Made by a program: the position numbers and the translations under genes. The notes beneath the pieces are model-generated. The model searched no databases. It saw only the letters and a program-made list of their open reading frames with translations, and was not told the origin of the DNA. Shown piece by piece: positions 9,032 through 21,047 of a stretch of DNA of 29,658 nucleotides. Position 1 is the first letter of the stretch, and every line of letters begins with the position of its first letter. The stretch is from Octopus sinensis (taxonomy: Eukaryota): positions 1 to 29,658 of the forward strand of contig NW_021832694.1 in assembly GCF_006345805.1 (NCBI RefSeq), given 5' to 3'.

Positions 9032-9472
9032 CGGAACGTAAAGACAGATGATATACCTATTTCTTAATTGTCCACAAGGGGCTACACACAGAGGGAACAA
9101 ACAAGGACAGACAAACGGGTTAAGTCGATTATATCGACCCCAGTGCGTAACTGGTACTTATTTAATCGACCCCAAAAGGATGAAAGGCAAAGTCGACCTC
9201 GGTGGAATTTGAACTCAGAACGTAACGGCAGATGAAATGCCTATTTCTTTACTACCCACAAGGGGCTAATCACAGAGAGGACAAACAAGGACAGACAAAC
9301 GGATTAAGTCAATTATATCGACCCCAGTGCGTAACTGGTACTCAATTTATCGACCCCGAAAGGATGAAGAGCAAAGTCGACCTCAACGGAATTTGAACTC
9401 AGAACGTAACGGCAGACGAAATACGGCTACGCATTTCGTCCGGCGTATTAACGTTTCTGCCAGCTCACCGTC
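9032..9472 (-). mobile_element. Head-to-tail SINE family A concatemer (period 184 bp)
   Basis: CCTATTTCTT junction at 9056 and 9240; only the rightmost unit has a full 5' head. Confidence 0.85.
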
Positions 9473-9636
9473 CTCTTTATTTTAACTATTACAGCACAAA
9501 TATTAAACGTTTAACAACTGAAAGGATTTTATGCATAAATTTAATTGATCCTTCTTTGCAATTCGTGTATTTAATACATTTTTTCAAACTCGACCAATGG
9601 TATTTTCATTAGGAAGAACAGTAATACATACGATAA

Positions 9637-10020
9637 GCGCGGCGGTGTGGTAAGAAGTTTGCTTTCCAACCACACAGTTCTGGGTTCAGTCCCACTGAGT
9701 GCCATTTTGAGCAAGTGTCTTCTTTTGTAGCCTCGAGTCGAACAAAGCCTCGTGAGTGAATTTGGTAGACGGAAACTGAAAGAAGCCCGCCGTATATGTA
9801 TGCGTATGCGTGTGTGTGTGTATGTGTGTATGTTTATTTCCCACCACCACCACCACCACTTGACAACCGCTGTTGGTTTGTTTACGTTCCCGTAATATAA
9901 CGGTTCGGCAAGAGAATAAAAAAATAAGTCCTAGGGTCGAATCGTTCGACTAAAAGTCTTCAAGGAGGTGCCCCAGCATGGCCGTAGTCTAATGACTGGA
10001 ATGAGTAGAAGATAAAAGAT
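9637..10020 (+). mobile_element. SINE family B (tRNA head, internal microsatellite)
   Basis: GTGTGGTAAG...GGGTTCAGTCCCACTG...GCAAGTGTCTTCT...GACGGAAACTGAAAGAAGCCCG; homologues at 14472, 23304, 28849. Confidence 0.85.
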
Positions 10021-10252
10021 AGCAAAATGGAACCAACCTCGGTTTACGAATTTAATTAGTTTCATGAAGGCCGTTCGTAATTTGAAATGTTCGTAAACAG
10101 AAACTATTTTCTCCATAGGAAATTCAAGAGAACGCATAGCAAATTCGAGCTGGGATGTGCGCTGAACAAAATCTAGACAGCAACTGACGTTCCACCTCCG
10201 ATACTCCCAGCTCGTGGCCAACCGTCGTAGCTGACTTGCGTGTTCGTTACTC

Positions 10253-11299
10253 GAGGCATTGTCAAAAAGCATTGCAGAGTTTGCAATAAATTTATTTCGT
10301 TGCAATGAATTTATTGCATTTTATTAATTTTTTTTTGCAATAAATTAATTGCACTTTTCTTTCGTCGCAATAAATAATTGCAATTAATTGCAATAAATTG
10401 CAATGCTCTCCAGAAAACCTCCTTGTAAAACTTTTACTCATCCAAAAGTGTCATTTTTTGCAAAAATAACTGTACATTTTTAACGAAAGCTCTACTTTCT
10501 CAATTTTGGTTGATCTATTTCTTTGCTGTCCGAAAGACGTTTGGATCACCCACAATTTTCTAAAAATTCATACACCGCCTGCCAGAATGACAAAATCGAC
10601 CACCAATGTGTGATATGACCTAAGATGGAAAAACATACTGACAACGCTCTCCTTAGGGCCCATACCACCCCAATCAAGACAAAAAACGTATGAATGGGAA
10701 AAGGACGGTTTCATACTATTAGCAATTAAAATGAGTATGCATTTAACAATTATGAGGGGATTGGATAAAACCATACGTGAAACAAGTTCATTATCCCAAA
10801 GATGGTCATTTACTCTTAAAAACAGTTGCATCTCTAGATATACGGGTGATAATTGGTGTCTTGTATCATCGAAGGCATTCGCTGCTACCCTGAAGAACCT
10901 TTCAACCAAGTTAGTCGATGGCAAAATGAATGCTGTATTGATATAACGTGGTTGGCTGGCATCCATCTCGCTTCGACGCTTTTTGAGGACATTGCAAGCG
11001 AAGTTGTCCGATTCATCGTCCAAAACCGTTTCTTGTTCTGGTGTATTGGGCAGCTTTAAGGTTAAAACAGATTCTTTTTCATCTGCACCCAGCTCAGTGG
11101 CTTTTTGATTTTGTATTTTTACCAAAGACTTCTCGAACAAAGGGAATTGTATTGCAATTAATTGCAATCTTCGCAATAAATTATTGCAGTAAATGTAGCT
11201 TCGCAATAAATCATTGCAATTGAAAAGAGCCTAGCAGTAAATTAATTTATTGTAATTATTGCAATTAAGTTTTGACCAATTAATTTTTGACAACCCCTG
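10253..11299 (-). mobile_element. hAT-superfamily internal-deletion derivative
   Basis: Imperfect TIRs GAGGCATTGTCAAAAA / TTTTTGACAACCCCTG; dense subterminal TTGCAATAAA/TTTATTGCAA repeats at both ends; no clean 8-bp TSD. Confidence 0.75.
10568..11206 (-). pseudogene. hAT transposase C-terminal (dimerisation domain) fragment
   Basis: The 212-aa ORF contains FILPSTNLVERFFRVAANAFDDTRHQLSPVYLEMQLFLRVN, matching the hATC pattern P.....ER.FS......D.R..LSP..LEM.LFL. The rest of the transposase is absent. Confidence 0.8.
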
Positions 11300-11734
11300 A
11301 CGTTCGTCGTCCGAAACGTTGTTATATGCTTGAAAAACTGTTCGTAAACTTATTTGCTCGTGATGAGAGGCTTTCGTAAACCGAGGTTCCGTTGTACTCA
11401 GCAAGAACCAACAGGATTTCCTCTAAGTGGCCGCTCGACTGGCTGGAAATAATAAGAATAATAGCTAAATCTCACGTGAACCACATTCGACATGCATAAA
11501 AAATATAAAAGATATTAGCATTTAGTCGATGGTACACAAAGAGACGGAACAATAACGGCTTAAGCACCTTTGATGATAGGAGCTGAGAAGGTAGAAGGTG
11601 GCCCCGAGCTAAGCAGCAGCAGCGAAGACATATAACAGCAAAAGAATGGAGAACTCGGAAGTGATGAAAGGCAAGTTTATCTCAATGGGATTTGAACCGA
11701 TTTAACAACTGTTTTAATCAATCAATACCCTTCT

Positions 11735-11807
11735 GCAAATCTCCTCACTTCTCTCTCACTCTCTCTCTCTCTCTTTCTTTCTCTCTCTCTCTTTCTTTGT
11801 TTCCCTC

Positions 11808-11845
<38 letters not shown>

Positions 11846-12189
11846 CTATATATATATATATATTATATATATATATATATATATACAATATATATATATA
11901 TTATATATATATATATATAATATATAGATAGATAGATAGAAAGATATAGATATAGATATATATTTGCCTATGTCCATTTATTTACCGGTCAAGTTCTCTC
12001 TGTCAATCTGTCTGTCTGTCTGTCTCTCTCTCTCTGTCAACCAACATCTTTCTCAATTTCTGTCTTTCTTTACCTTCTCTATCTCAATCTCTCTCCCTTT
12101 TTTCCTCATTCACTCTCTCTCTCTCTCTCTCACACACACACTATTCTCTATCTTTAACTCTATTAATATCACTCTCTCAATTTCTTTCT

Positions 12190-12221
<32 letters not shown>

Positions 12222-12480
12222 CTCTCTCTCTCTCTCTATCACACACACACACACTATTCCTTATCTTTCACTCTGTAAATGTCAGTCCCTCAATTTCTCT
12301 CTCTCTCTCACATACACATACATACATATACACACACACGCACGCACACACACACTATTTTCTATCTTGCACTCTATCAATCTCTCTCTCTCTCACACAC
12401 ACACTCTCTCTCTCTCTCTATCTTCTTCTCTATCCCTCTCTCCTTCTCCCCCCCCATCCTTCTCAATAACTTCACACACT
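11735..12480. repeat. (CT)n/(TA)n/(CA)n low-complexity tract
   Basis: Seen directly. Confidence 0.9.
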
Positions 12481-12911
12481 CTGTAATTACTTCAGCATGA
12501 TTCCTCTAAGGAATACTTCTCCACCTTCATTATTCATTCAATATACCATTCCATACTATTCCAGTCACCTACTTTACGCATTCTTTGATTAGAACTTGTT
12601 ACCATTTGCAAGATGCCAACATATTTCTAAGGAGATTCTTTGGTCATTTCAAGTTATCTTTCATTCTCTCCTTTTACTTTATGTTTTTTTAAATATATTT
12701 TGCTTTGTTTTTATTTTATTTTATTTTATTATTTTTTTTATTATTGTTTCGTTCTTATCAGTGGACATGTTTCAAGCTTTTTATCTAATGCTCTTCGTTT
12801 CACACCCATCATTGCCTCGCAAATCTGTCAATCCCGTCACATAGAGACATACAGACAACAGCATACACAGAAATACTCGCAAGAACATGCTTAAGTTATC
12901 CGCATACATGG

Positions 12912-12942
<31 letters not shown>

Positions 12943-13079
12943 TGTATGTATGTATGTATGTATGTATGTATGTATGTGCGTATGCATGTATGTATATATT
13001 TGTATGTATGTATATGTGTATGCAGAAAGATATATACATGCATACATATATATATATGTATGTAGTGTATGTATATATA

Positions 13080-13454
13080 CACTACCGTCAGAAATTAATT
13101 AGCACCCTTGATTTGCTCTTCACTCAAGGTATGTGCTGTCACCTAGTGGCCATATCTCGAACTATGCTTTGTGCGAGTTCACTGTTGCGCAGAACGATGA
13201 CGTAACTTTGTTTGCAGAGCAGTTTGAGAGTCTACAGTCTTATGATGTTGACATAGCAGTGCAACAACAACTGGAGTGCGGATGCAGACAATCTTCCTTT
13301 GTTTAATAGATATAGGTACGCCTCGCAAGGACCGAAATCACACCATACTAAGTTTTCTCATCGCGTAAGACGTTTTGAACAGCTCATAGGTTAATTGATT
13401 TAACCTATTTAATGTAGAAATTTGAGAAGTGCTAATTAATTTCTGACGCAAGTG
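13080..13454 (+). mobile_element. Tc1/mariner-type MITE or deletion derivative (375 bp, TA TSD)
   Basis: TA|CACTACCGTCAGAAATTAATTAGCAC at the left end; GTGCTAATTAATTTCTGACGCAAGTG|TA at the right end. Confidence 0.9.
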
Positions 13455-14411
13455 TATGTGTATGTATGCACCTATGTACATTATATATATATATATAATA
13501 TAATATTATATATATAATATATATATATTATATATATATATATAATTATATGTCTGTGTGTGTAAAAATATATATTTACATATATTATATTATATACATA
13601 TATATATTCAGAAAGATATATAGATATATGTATGTATATACGTATGTAAGTATATAGGTATGCATGTATAAGTATATGTGCATGTGTGCCTGAATGTATG
13701 TCTGTCTATCTTTATATAAATATATTTGTATGTATGTAAGTACGTATGGATGGATGTGTGCATGTATGTATGCATGAATAAATGTATTTCTATGTATAAA
13801 TGCATACATACACCATATATAAAAAGAAATCCCTGAGTGAGTCGTTATATGCTCGCGCGCCATAATATAAATATAGCAGCCTAATCACCCGCACCCCACC
13901 AAAAAAAAAACCCGCCGTCGTAACACACAAAAAAGTCGGACATATTGGATGATATAGTCTGAGACTTCCTAAGCTGAAAATGCCGAAGAATGGTCAACAG
14001 TCTTGACAAATAATTCTATAAATATGTTCTATAGGTTATTACAGCAGCGACATGGAACATAGTTAACATACAAGTAATGAAATATTCGAGCTAAGACATG
14101 AAGGTGTGAAATACGCAAATTGTTCTATCCAGTTGGCCTTAACTACTAATATCATTGATTGTGTGCGTGTGTGTGGTGTGTGTGTATGTGGATAGTTAAC
14201 GAAGGTGCACAGTTGAAAATGGAACTCCAAACAGTATTAAAATATGCATATACAATTGTTCGTTGATTTTCTGTCCCTGAGCTTGCGTTCGTCGTCTCAT
14301 CATACACTGTTGGCTAAAAATTCTATAGATATGTACTATAAGTACATCATAAAAAGAAAAAGAAAAGAAGCGGGTTTATCTTCCAGTAATATTTACATAC
14401 ATATGTGTGTG

Positions 14412-14462
<51 letters not shown>

Positions 14463-14471
14463 ATATATATA

Positions 14472-14883
14472 CTCTCTTTACTCTTTTACTTGTTTCAGTC
14501 ATTTGACTGTGGCCATGCTGGAGCTCCGCCTTTAGTCGAGCAAATCGACCCCAGGACTTATTTTTTGTAAGCCTAGTACTTATTCTATCGGACACTTTTG
14601 CTGAACCGCTAGCTGACGGGGTCGTAAACACACCAGTATCGGTTGTCAAGCGATGTTGGGGGGGGGACAAACACACACATACACACATATACATATACAC
14701 ATACACCCATATACATAGATATATACGACGGGCTTCTTTCGGTTTCCGTCTACCAAATCCACTCACAAGGCTTTGGTTGGCCCGAGGCTATAGTAGAAGA
14801 CACTTGCCCAAGGTGCCATGCCGTGGGACTGAACCCGGAACCATGTGGTTGGTAAGCAAGCTATTTACCACACAGCCACTCCT
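14472..14883 (-). mobile_element. SINE family B, full length
   Basis: Reverse complement of the 23304-23765 copy. Confidence 0.9.
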
Positions 14884-15004
14884 ACTATTATACTAAATTT
14901 ACAATTCACATTAACTCTAAACATTTCTGATGACTCGAATAAAGAAAGTTCTAGCATTAAAATGTTAACACGGACGCTAAGTGTTGTTATTGATTTCGAA
15001 TTTG

Positions 15005-15985
15005 GCAAAAGACTAGGTCTTTTCGGAAAGTGGCACTCAATCCTAGTGCTCAACAGTTACTTAATTTATCGATCGTAAAAAGGATGAAAGGCAAAGCCGA
15101 CCCCATTGGAATTCGAACTAAGATCATTAAATCGAAGGAAATACTGCTATTTCCGAGACGATAATGGTTTAGCCAGCTCACCGCCTTAAACTAGACGGCA
15201 TTAAATCTAGAAAGAAGGTAGTGACCTGGCAGAATCGGTAGCACGTCGGACAAAATGCTTATCGGTATTTCGTTCGCCTTACGTTATGAGTTCAAATTCT
15301 GTCAGGATTGACTTTGCATTTTATTCGTTGTTTTTTTTTTATGCTCCCTTTTCAAGCCTAGCCAGGTTCATGGGCCCGGTTTCCCGGTTTCTGTTTGCGT
15401 ATGTGTTCCCACCAGCTGGACGAGACGCCAGTCCATCGCAGCGTTACCCAAGAAACAGGAAGAAAGAGTGAGAGAAAGTTAGAGCGAAATAGTACAACAG
15501 GGGTTGCCACCACCCCCTGCCGGAGCCTCGTGGAGCTTTAGGCGTTTTCGCTCAATAAACACACACAACACCCGGTCTGGGAATCGAAACTGCGATCCTC
15601 CGACCGCGAGTCCGCTGCCCTAACCACTGGGCCATTGCGCCTCCACCTTTTTTATTCTTTGGGAGTCGATAAAATAAGTACTAGTCGAGCTCAGGGGTCG
15701 ATGTAATCGATTTAACCCCTCCCTTGAAGTTGCTAGCCGTATGTTAAAATCTAAAATCAATGTTAAGTCTAGAAAGTAGACGGTGAGATGGCCGAATCGT
15801 TAGCACGCCGCGCAAAATGCTTGGCAGCATTTCACGTTCTGAGTTCAAATTCCTCTGAAATTGACTTTGCCTTTCATGGTTTCGGGATTGATGAAATAAG
15901 TACTAGTTGGACACTAAGGTCGATATATTGACTTGCTCCCTGCCCCGAAATTTCTGGCCTTGTGCAAAAATTTGAAACCAATATT
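15005..15985. mobile_element. SINE family A cluster (about 15005-15190 minus; 15215-15765 plus, interrupted; 15778-15985 plus)
   Basis: Family A head/body motifs in three units. Confidence 0.8.
15327..15649 (-). mobile_element. SINE family D inserted into a family A copy
   Basis: tRNA-like head GTGGAGGCGCAATGGCCCAGTGGTTAGGGCAGCG...GTTTCGATTCCC (matches 23942-24036). TTTTATTC duplicated at 15319-15326 and 15650-15657. The host SINE resumes after it. Confidence 0.85.
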
Positions 15986-16179
15986 AACTGGAGATATTAC
16001 TAATGACTGTACCAAGATGTCATTGACATTAACTGAATATTATAATTGATTCTAACTACATATTATCAATGACTCTGACTAAACGTTACTGTTTGACTCT
16101 AGCTAAGAAATGTCATTGACTCATTGCAGTCTTTAATACCAGTTGGAAATTATAAAAGAAAAAAACTGCTGTATAAATA

Positions 16180-16398
16180 CATTCCTTTCTATAACAGGCA
16201 CAAGCCTGAAATTTTGGGGAATGGGGGAAAGTCAATCAAATCGACCGCAGTATGCAATTGGTACATAATTTATCGACCCCGAAAGGATGAAAGGCAAAGT
16301 TGACATCGGCGGAATTTGAACTCAGATCGTAAAGACGGACGAAATGCCGCTAAGCATTTTGCCCAGCGTGCTAACGGTTCTGCCAGCTCGCCACCTTA
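16180..16398 (-). mobile_element. Full-length SINE family A with 11-bp TSD
   Basis: CTGTATAAATA at 16169-16179 and 16399-16409. Confidence 0.9.
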
Positions 16399-17149
16399 CT
16401 GTATAAATATATTAATAACCCAAGAATGCGAGCAGCAAAAAGAGTTAACTTACTTGAGCTCTCACGATCGGTGATATCCATTAGTATATTATAAATGATT
16501 TATCCCTCTCTGCTTCCAACTTACACGCATCTGTAACTCGAAACATGAAAAGAATTTCTAGTGAGAAAACTCCACAGATTTCTTGAAATAAAGTCATAAG
16601 AGAATTAACTCATCGGAATACCCAGAGGGGAATCGAACTTACGATACAGGAGCGAGTAGTATAATACATTATCCACTCCGTTTGTTGTCTTCGTGTTTAG
16701 ATATAGCATGTATAAAAAGTAAAAATATGTCAGATCTGAGCACAGTATGTTAAATATGAACCGTAGTTATGTTGTCGGATCTATCAACAAAACAAGAAAA
16801 AGAAGTTTGCGCCGTCTGGCACCATCTGCATCACCACCACCACCACCACCACCACAACTTGCATCATCTGCTGCATCGTTGCATCATTATCAGACAGCGA
16901 TTCTCTGTTGTATTTTTGTGCACGCTTGATGCAACAGCAGTGCATTTAGTACAAGCATATTTTTTGCAACGGAATTCACAGAATCGCATAAGAAGAAGAC
17001 GAAATAAAATAAAATAAAAAAACAAAATAAAATAAAATAAAAATAAAAATAAAATAAAAATAAAAATAAAACAACAAATATAATAATGATCGATATTATT
17101 CAATAACTAAATTTATCGATAATTGTGTTTGCTCAACATTGATGTTTTT

Positions 17150-17614
17150 TCACTCATTTTTTTTTACTATTACTGTTCTTGTTGTTCACATTATCTTTGT
17201 TGTTGTTGTTGTTGTTGTTGTTGTTCTTTCTCTTCTTATTTATTCTTATTCTTCTTTCGTTCTTCTTCTTTTCTTCTTCTTCTCCTTTCTTCTTCTTCTT
17301 CTTCTTCTTCTTCTTTTCTTCTACGTATTATTATTATTATTATTATATTATTACCATCATCATCATCATCTCATCATCATCATCATCATCATATCATCAT
17401 TATTATCCTGTTGTTGCTGTTATTGTTGCTGTCGTTGTTCGTGGTGATGGTGATGGTGGTGGTGGTGGATGCGTTGGTGATGGTGTTGTTGTTGGTGGTT
17501 GTAGTTTTGTTGTAGTTTTGTTGTTATTATTTTTTGTTATTATTGTTCTTATTGTTGCTATCATTATTGCTGCTGCTGTTGCGTGTTATCATTGTTGTTT
17601 TTGCTATTGTTGCT

Positions 17615-17647
<33 letters not shown>

Positions 17648-17680
17648 CTTGTTCTTGTGTTGTTGTTGCTATGTTTTGAG
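17150..17680. repeat. Compound trinucleotide microsatellite (TTG, TTC, TTA, CAT, GGT, GCT blocks)
   Basis: Seen directly. Confidence 0.9.
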
Positions 17681-17824
17681 GAGAGCGGACATGTTCAGAC
17701 ATAGCTCGGTAGCAGAGTCAGATTACACGTTTGCGCTTAATGGAAAAATAAATAAAGGCATAACTAAATAAAAATAAATAAATACACCATTTGAGTGAGT
17801 ATTACTCTTTATAACGTTTGATTA

Positions 17825-17855
<31 letters not shown>

Positions 17856-18093
17856 CCCTACCTCACTCTCTCTTTTTACTTTACTTTAGTGTAGAAAACA
17901 ATATAAAAACAAACAAAAGAAACTAGCTTTGTTGTCCGACATTTTGATTTCATTCTGTGTAAATATTCAACTTCCTACTGTATAACATGCGTTATGCTAG
18001 CTAGCATATATCAACATGTCTTATTCGTCTGGCTTACACGCTCCCAAGAATTTTGAACAAGTCTTCGAACGTTCTGTAAACGCAAACAGCGAA

Positions 18094-18410
18094 GGCACGT
18101 GGCTTAGAGGTTAGGATATTCGGTTCGCGACCGTAAAGGTCGTCAGTTCGATACCCGGCATTGCTTTGTGTTCTTGAGCGAGACACTTTATTTCACGTTG
18201 CTCCAGTCCATTCAACTGGTAGAAATGAGTAGTACTTGTGTTTCAAAGGGTCAGCCTTTGCCACGTTCTGTGTCACGCTGAATCACTCTGAGAATTACGT
18301 TAAGGGTACGAGTGTCTGTGGAGTACTCAGCCACTTGCACATTAATTTGACGAGCAGGCTGTTCCGTTGATCGAATCAACCGGAAAACTCGTCGTCTAAG
18401 CCGACAGAGG
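18094..18410 (+). mobile_element. SINE family C
   Basis: GGCACGTGGCTTAG.GGTTAGG...AGTTCGATACCCGGC head; homologous to 22946-23245. Confidence 0.85.
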
Positions 18411-18469
18411 TACAGTGAGCGCAAACAGAAATTCAAAAACATTAATTTGACAAAAACGAAGAAGGAATA

Positions 18470-18632
18470 TAAAAGGACATGGCTATATGGTTAAGAGGCT
18501 CGTGTCGCAGCCACGTGGAACCAGGTTCAAATCTTGGGAAAGTGCATGTGTCTTCTACTATTGATCCGGACTGGCCAATGCCTTGTGAGTGAATTTAGTA
18601 AACTGAAATCTTGTGGAAGTCGGTCGTGTGTG
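18470..18632 (+). mobile_element. Diverged tRNA-headed SINE (family B-like) fragment
   Basis: ATGGTTAAGAGG...GGTTCAAATC...GTGTCTTCTACTAT...GCCTTGTGAGTGAATTT. Confidence 0.6.
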
Positions 18633-18635
18633 TTT

Positions 18636-19104
18636 AACTTAGTTCTTAGATCTTCCAGTACTGTCAGCACTACGGGCAACGAACCTTCTGCAGACATCTC
18701 GATTGCTCGCCTTCCTCCTGGCCCTACTTGAGCAAACACCTAACGCTGTCACGTCGTCCCGGAACGTACAGCGCCGCAGTTTCCTTGGTTTTCGCCTCCG
18801 CCTTTTTCCCTCCTCCCGATGTCCATTCCATCACGATGGAACCGTGTCTCTCGTGTGATAATCGAAGCCCTTGACAAGTAAACCGTATCCACCGCTTAGT
18901 CAACATGTCCTGCTCTTCTCGTAACCCCTTTTGTTTCTCACTCTGTCCTGGTATGAAATGCTCGGGGTTGAACCTAGGCTGATTTGATGGAGCACATCCA
19001 GCAATTGAGAGATCTTTGCTGTCTTACTTCCAGGTTTCACAGACGTAGGTGTCTGTTGGTATAACAATAGTTGAGTTTAGCTGCAGCTTTATCTTCTTAC
19101 TTAT
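18636..19104 (-). mobile_element. RTE-clade LINE 3' remnant (5'-truncated, decayed)
   Basis: Translation ISKKIKLQLNSTIVIPTDTYVCETWK ... RLSHERHGSIVMEWT ... RRRRKPRK..CTFRDDVTALGV...ASNRDVCRRFVAR, then a short AAGATCTAAGAACTAAG tail. Resembles the post-RT C-terminus of RTE-type ORFs. Confidence 0.75.
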
Positions 19105-19124
19105 AACAACAACAACAACAACAA

Positions 19125-19531
19125 TAGTGGTGAAACGATTAAAGAAGCCTCTTTATTTATGGAAGACGGGGCTCCTTGTCACATGGTTAAAATTACCCAA
19201 GATTTGCTAGATGAGAATGGCATTAAAATATTTCCATAGCCAAGCCAGTCACCAGATACGAATCCTTTTGAACACTTCTGGAACACAACGGACAGGACAC
19301 TGCATAAAAAGAAAGCATCTTTAAAGCCAGATCTTCTGAGATTATTGCATGACACTTGGCAAGAAATTCCACAAGAGAATATCTCTCATCCGATCAGTAA
19401 CATGCTAATAGTGTCCTACATTGAAAAGGCAAAGGACATGTCTACTAAATATTAAATATTCAGATTATAACAATTAACAAATAATTTGAATTTTCAACTT
19501 TAAATAAATTTTAATGATTATAAGGGTGTCT
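19125..19531 (+). mobile_element. Inverted duplicate of the 3' third of the adjacent Tc1 element
   Basis: Matches the reverse complement of 19823-20208 except for 2 substitutions, three 1-bp indels and one 24-bp indel; shares the same premature TAG. Confidence 0.95.
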
Positions 19532-19801
19532 TCCATAAATAAAGAGGGTGTATGTATGTATTTATGCATGTATGTATGTACGTATGTATAATATATATAT
19601 AATACATACATACGTACATACATACATACATACATACATACATACATACGTACATACATACATACATACCATACATACATACATACATACGTACGTACAT
19701 ACATACATACATACACACAACACACATACACACCACACATACCACATACATACATACAACATACATACATCCATACATACATCATACACATAATACACAT
19801 A

Positions 19802-21013
19802 CACAACATGACAAAAGTAAATAGACACCCTTATAATCATTAAAATTTATTTAAAGTTGAAAATTCAAATTATTTGTTAATTGTTATAATCTGAATATTT
19901 AATATTTAGTAGACATGTCCTTTGCCTTTTTCAATGTAAGGACACTATTAGGCATGTTACTGATCGGATGAGAGATATTCTCTTGTGGAATTTCTTGCCA
20001 AGTGTCATGCAATAATCTCAGAAGATCTGGCTTTAAAGATGCTTTCTTTTTATGCAGTGTCCTGTCCGTTGTGTTCCAGAAGTGTTCAAAAGGATTCATA
20101 TCTGGTGACTGGCTTGGCTATGGAAATATTTTAATGCCATTCTCATCTAGCAAATCTTGGGTCATTTTAACCATAAATAAAGAGGCTTCTTTAATCGTTT
20201 CACCACTAGAGAAGATTGGAAGGAATCCTTTCTGCAATATGGACGCATATTTATATGAGTTTATGTTTCCCCTCACACTCCACCAGCTCTGATCAACCAT
20301 TGCTCCAAATTGCTCCCCAGACCATCACAGAATAGTTGCCGTGTTTCATTGTTGACTGCAATCTTTTCACATCAAATTCTTGATCACAGAGTCTCCAGAC
20401 CCACACTCGACCACTCACAGGAAATACAGCAAATCTGAACTTATCAGAGAATATGACAGTGTCCCGAAATACTAGTGGCCTCTCCACCATCTCCCTGGCC
20501 CAATCTTTTTTTTTCCGCTTGACGTTGGCTGGTTGAAGAAGTGACTTCCTTCTTGCTGCTCTGCAATAGTAACCAAGTTTGTGGAGATACCTGACACCTG
20601 TTCTGGGAGTGACATCAACTTGTTCCGCTATGTCAGAGGTCTTGCAACGAGGACTATCCTCCACACTTCTCTTAACAAAGAGAAGGGTCTTGTCAGAAGG
20701 CCCTAGTTTTGACGTGGACTCCTTCCCCTCTCTGGTGAATTGCATAATCACTCTGTTAACTGTAGAAAGCAGAATCCCAAGGTTTTCTGTGATTTTTACG
20801 CTGACTATACCCACCTTCAGAATGACCCACAATACGGCCTCTTCGAAATTCAGACAGTTCCAAGGCTTCTTTTGTGCATGTACATGACATAACTAAACAG
20901 TTACATGTAGAACCTGAACCATAAAAATGTCAAGTAATAAAAAATATAAACCTTTAGAAGTCAGAATAAACATAAAACAATGTTTTATGGGATGTCTATT
21001 TACTGCTGTCGTC

Positions 21014-21018
<5 letters not shown>
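19802..21018 (-). mobile_element. Tc1 (DD34E) DNA transposon, decayed
   Basis: TIRs TA|CACAACATGACAAAAGTAAATAGACACCC and degenerate GGGATGTCTATTTACTGCTGTC at 20989-21018. Confidence 0.9.
19899..20890 (-). pseudogene. Tc1 transposase pseudogene
   Basis: ELSEFRRGRIVG...VIFSDKFRF...VMVWGAIW...SPDMNPFEHFW...STKY*. A 34-residue D-E spacing is readable in the duplicate at 19165-19272; here the EDGAPCH segment is deleted. Confidence 0.9.

Positions 21019-21047
<29 letters not shown>

Larger units (their letters stand above)
10023..11394. mobile_element. Tigger/pogo-like non-autonomous DNA transposon, split by a hAT insertion
   Basis: Inverted termini AACCTCGGTTTACGAA (10035-10050) and TTCGTAAACCGAGGTT (11373-11388); subterminal TTCGTAA repeats; TA after the right end. 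Confidence 0.7.

Noticed and set aside
8812-9055. Apparent interleaving of SINE and Tc1 end (block swap)
   Set aside because: Explained more simply by a truncated SINE inserted in the TIR plus a separate deletion at 9031; TIR sequence is continuous across the insertion
11290-11325. CTGACG...CCGAAACGTTG hammerhead-like string
   Set aside because: Core is incomplete with no stem II; it is formed by the junction of the hAT TIR and Tigger subterminal repeat
13129-13306. Cystine-knot growth factor terminal exon (…LECGCR) as a host gene
   Set aside because: Lies wholly inside a TIR- and TA-bounded Tc1-type element, no upstream cysteine-bearing exon was found, and it resembles a transposase N-terminus. 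Kept only as a low-interest finding
14926-14950. CTGATGA core
   Set aside because: No stem II or correctly placed GAAA follows
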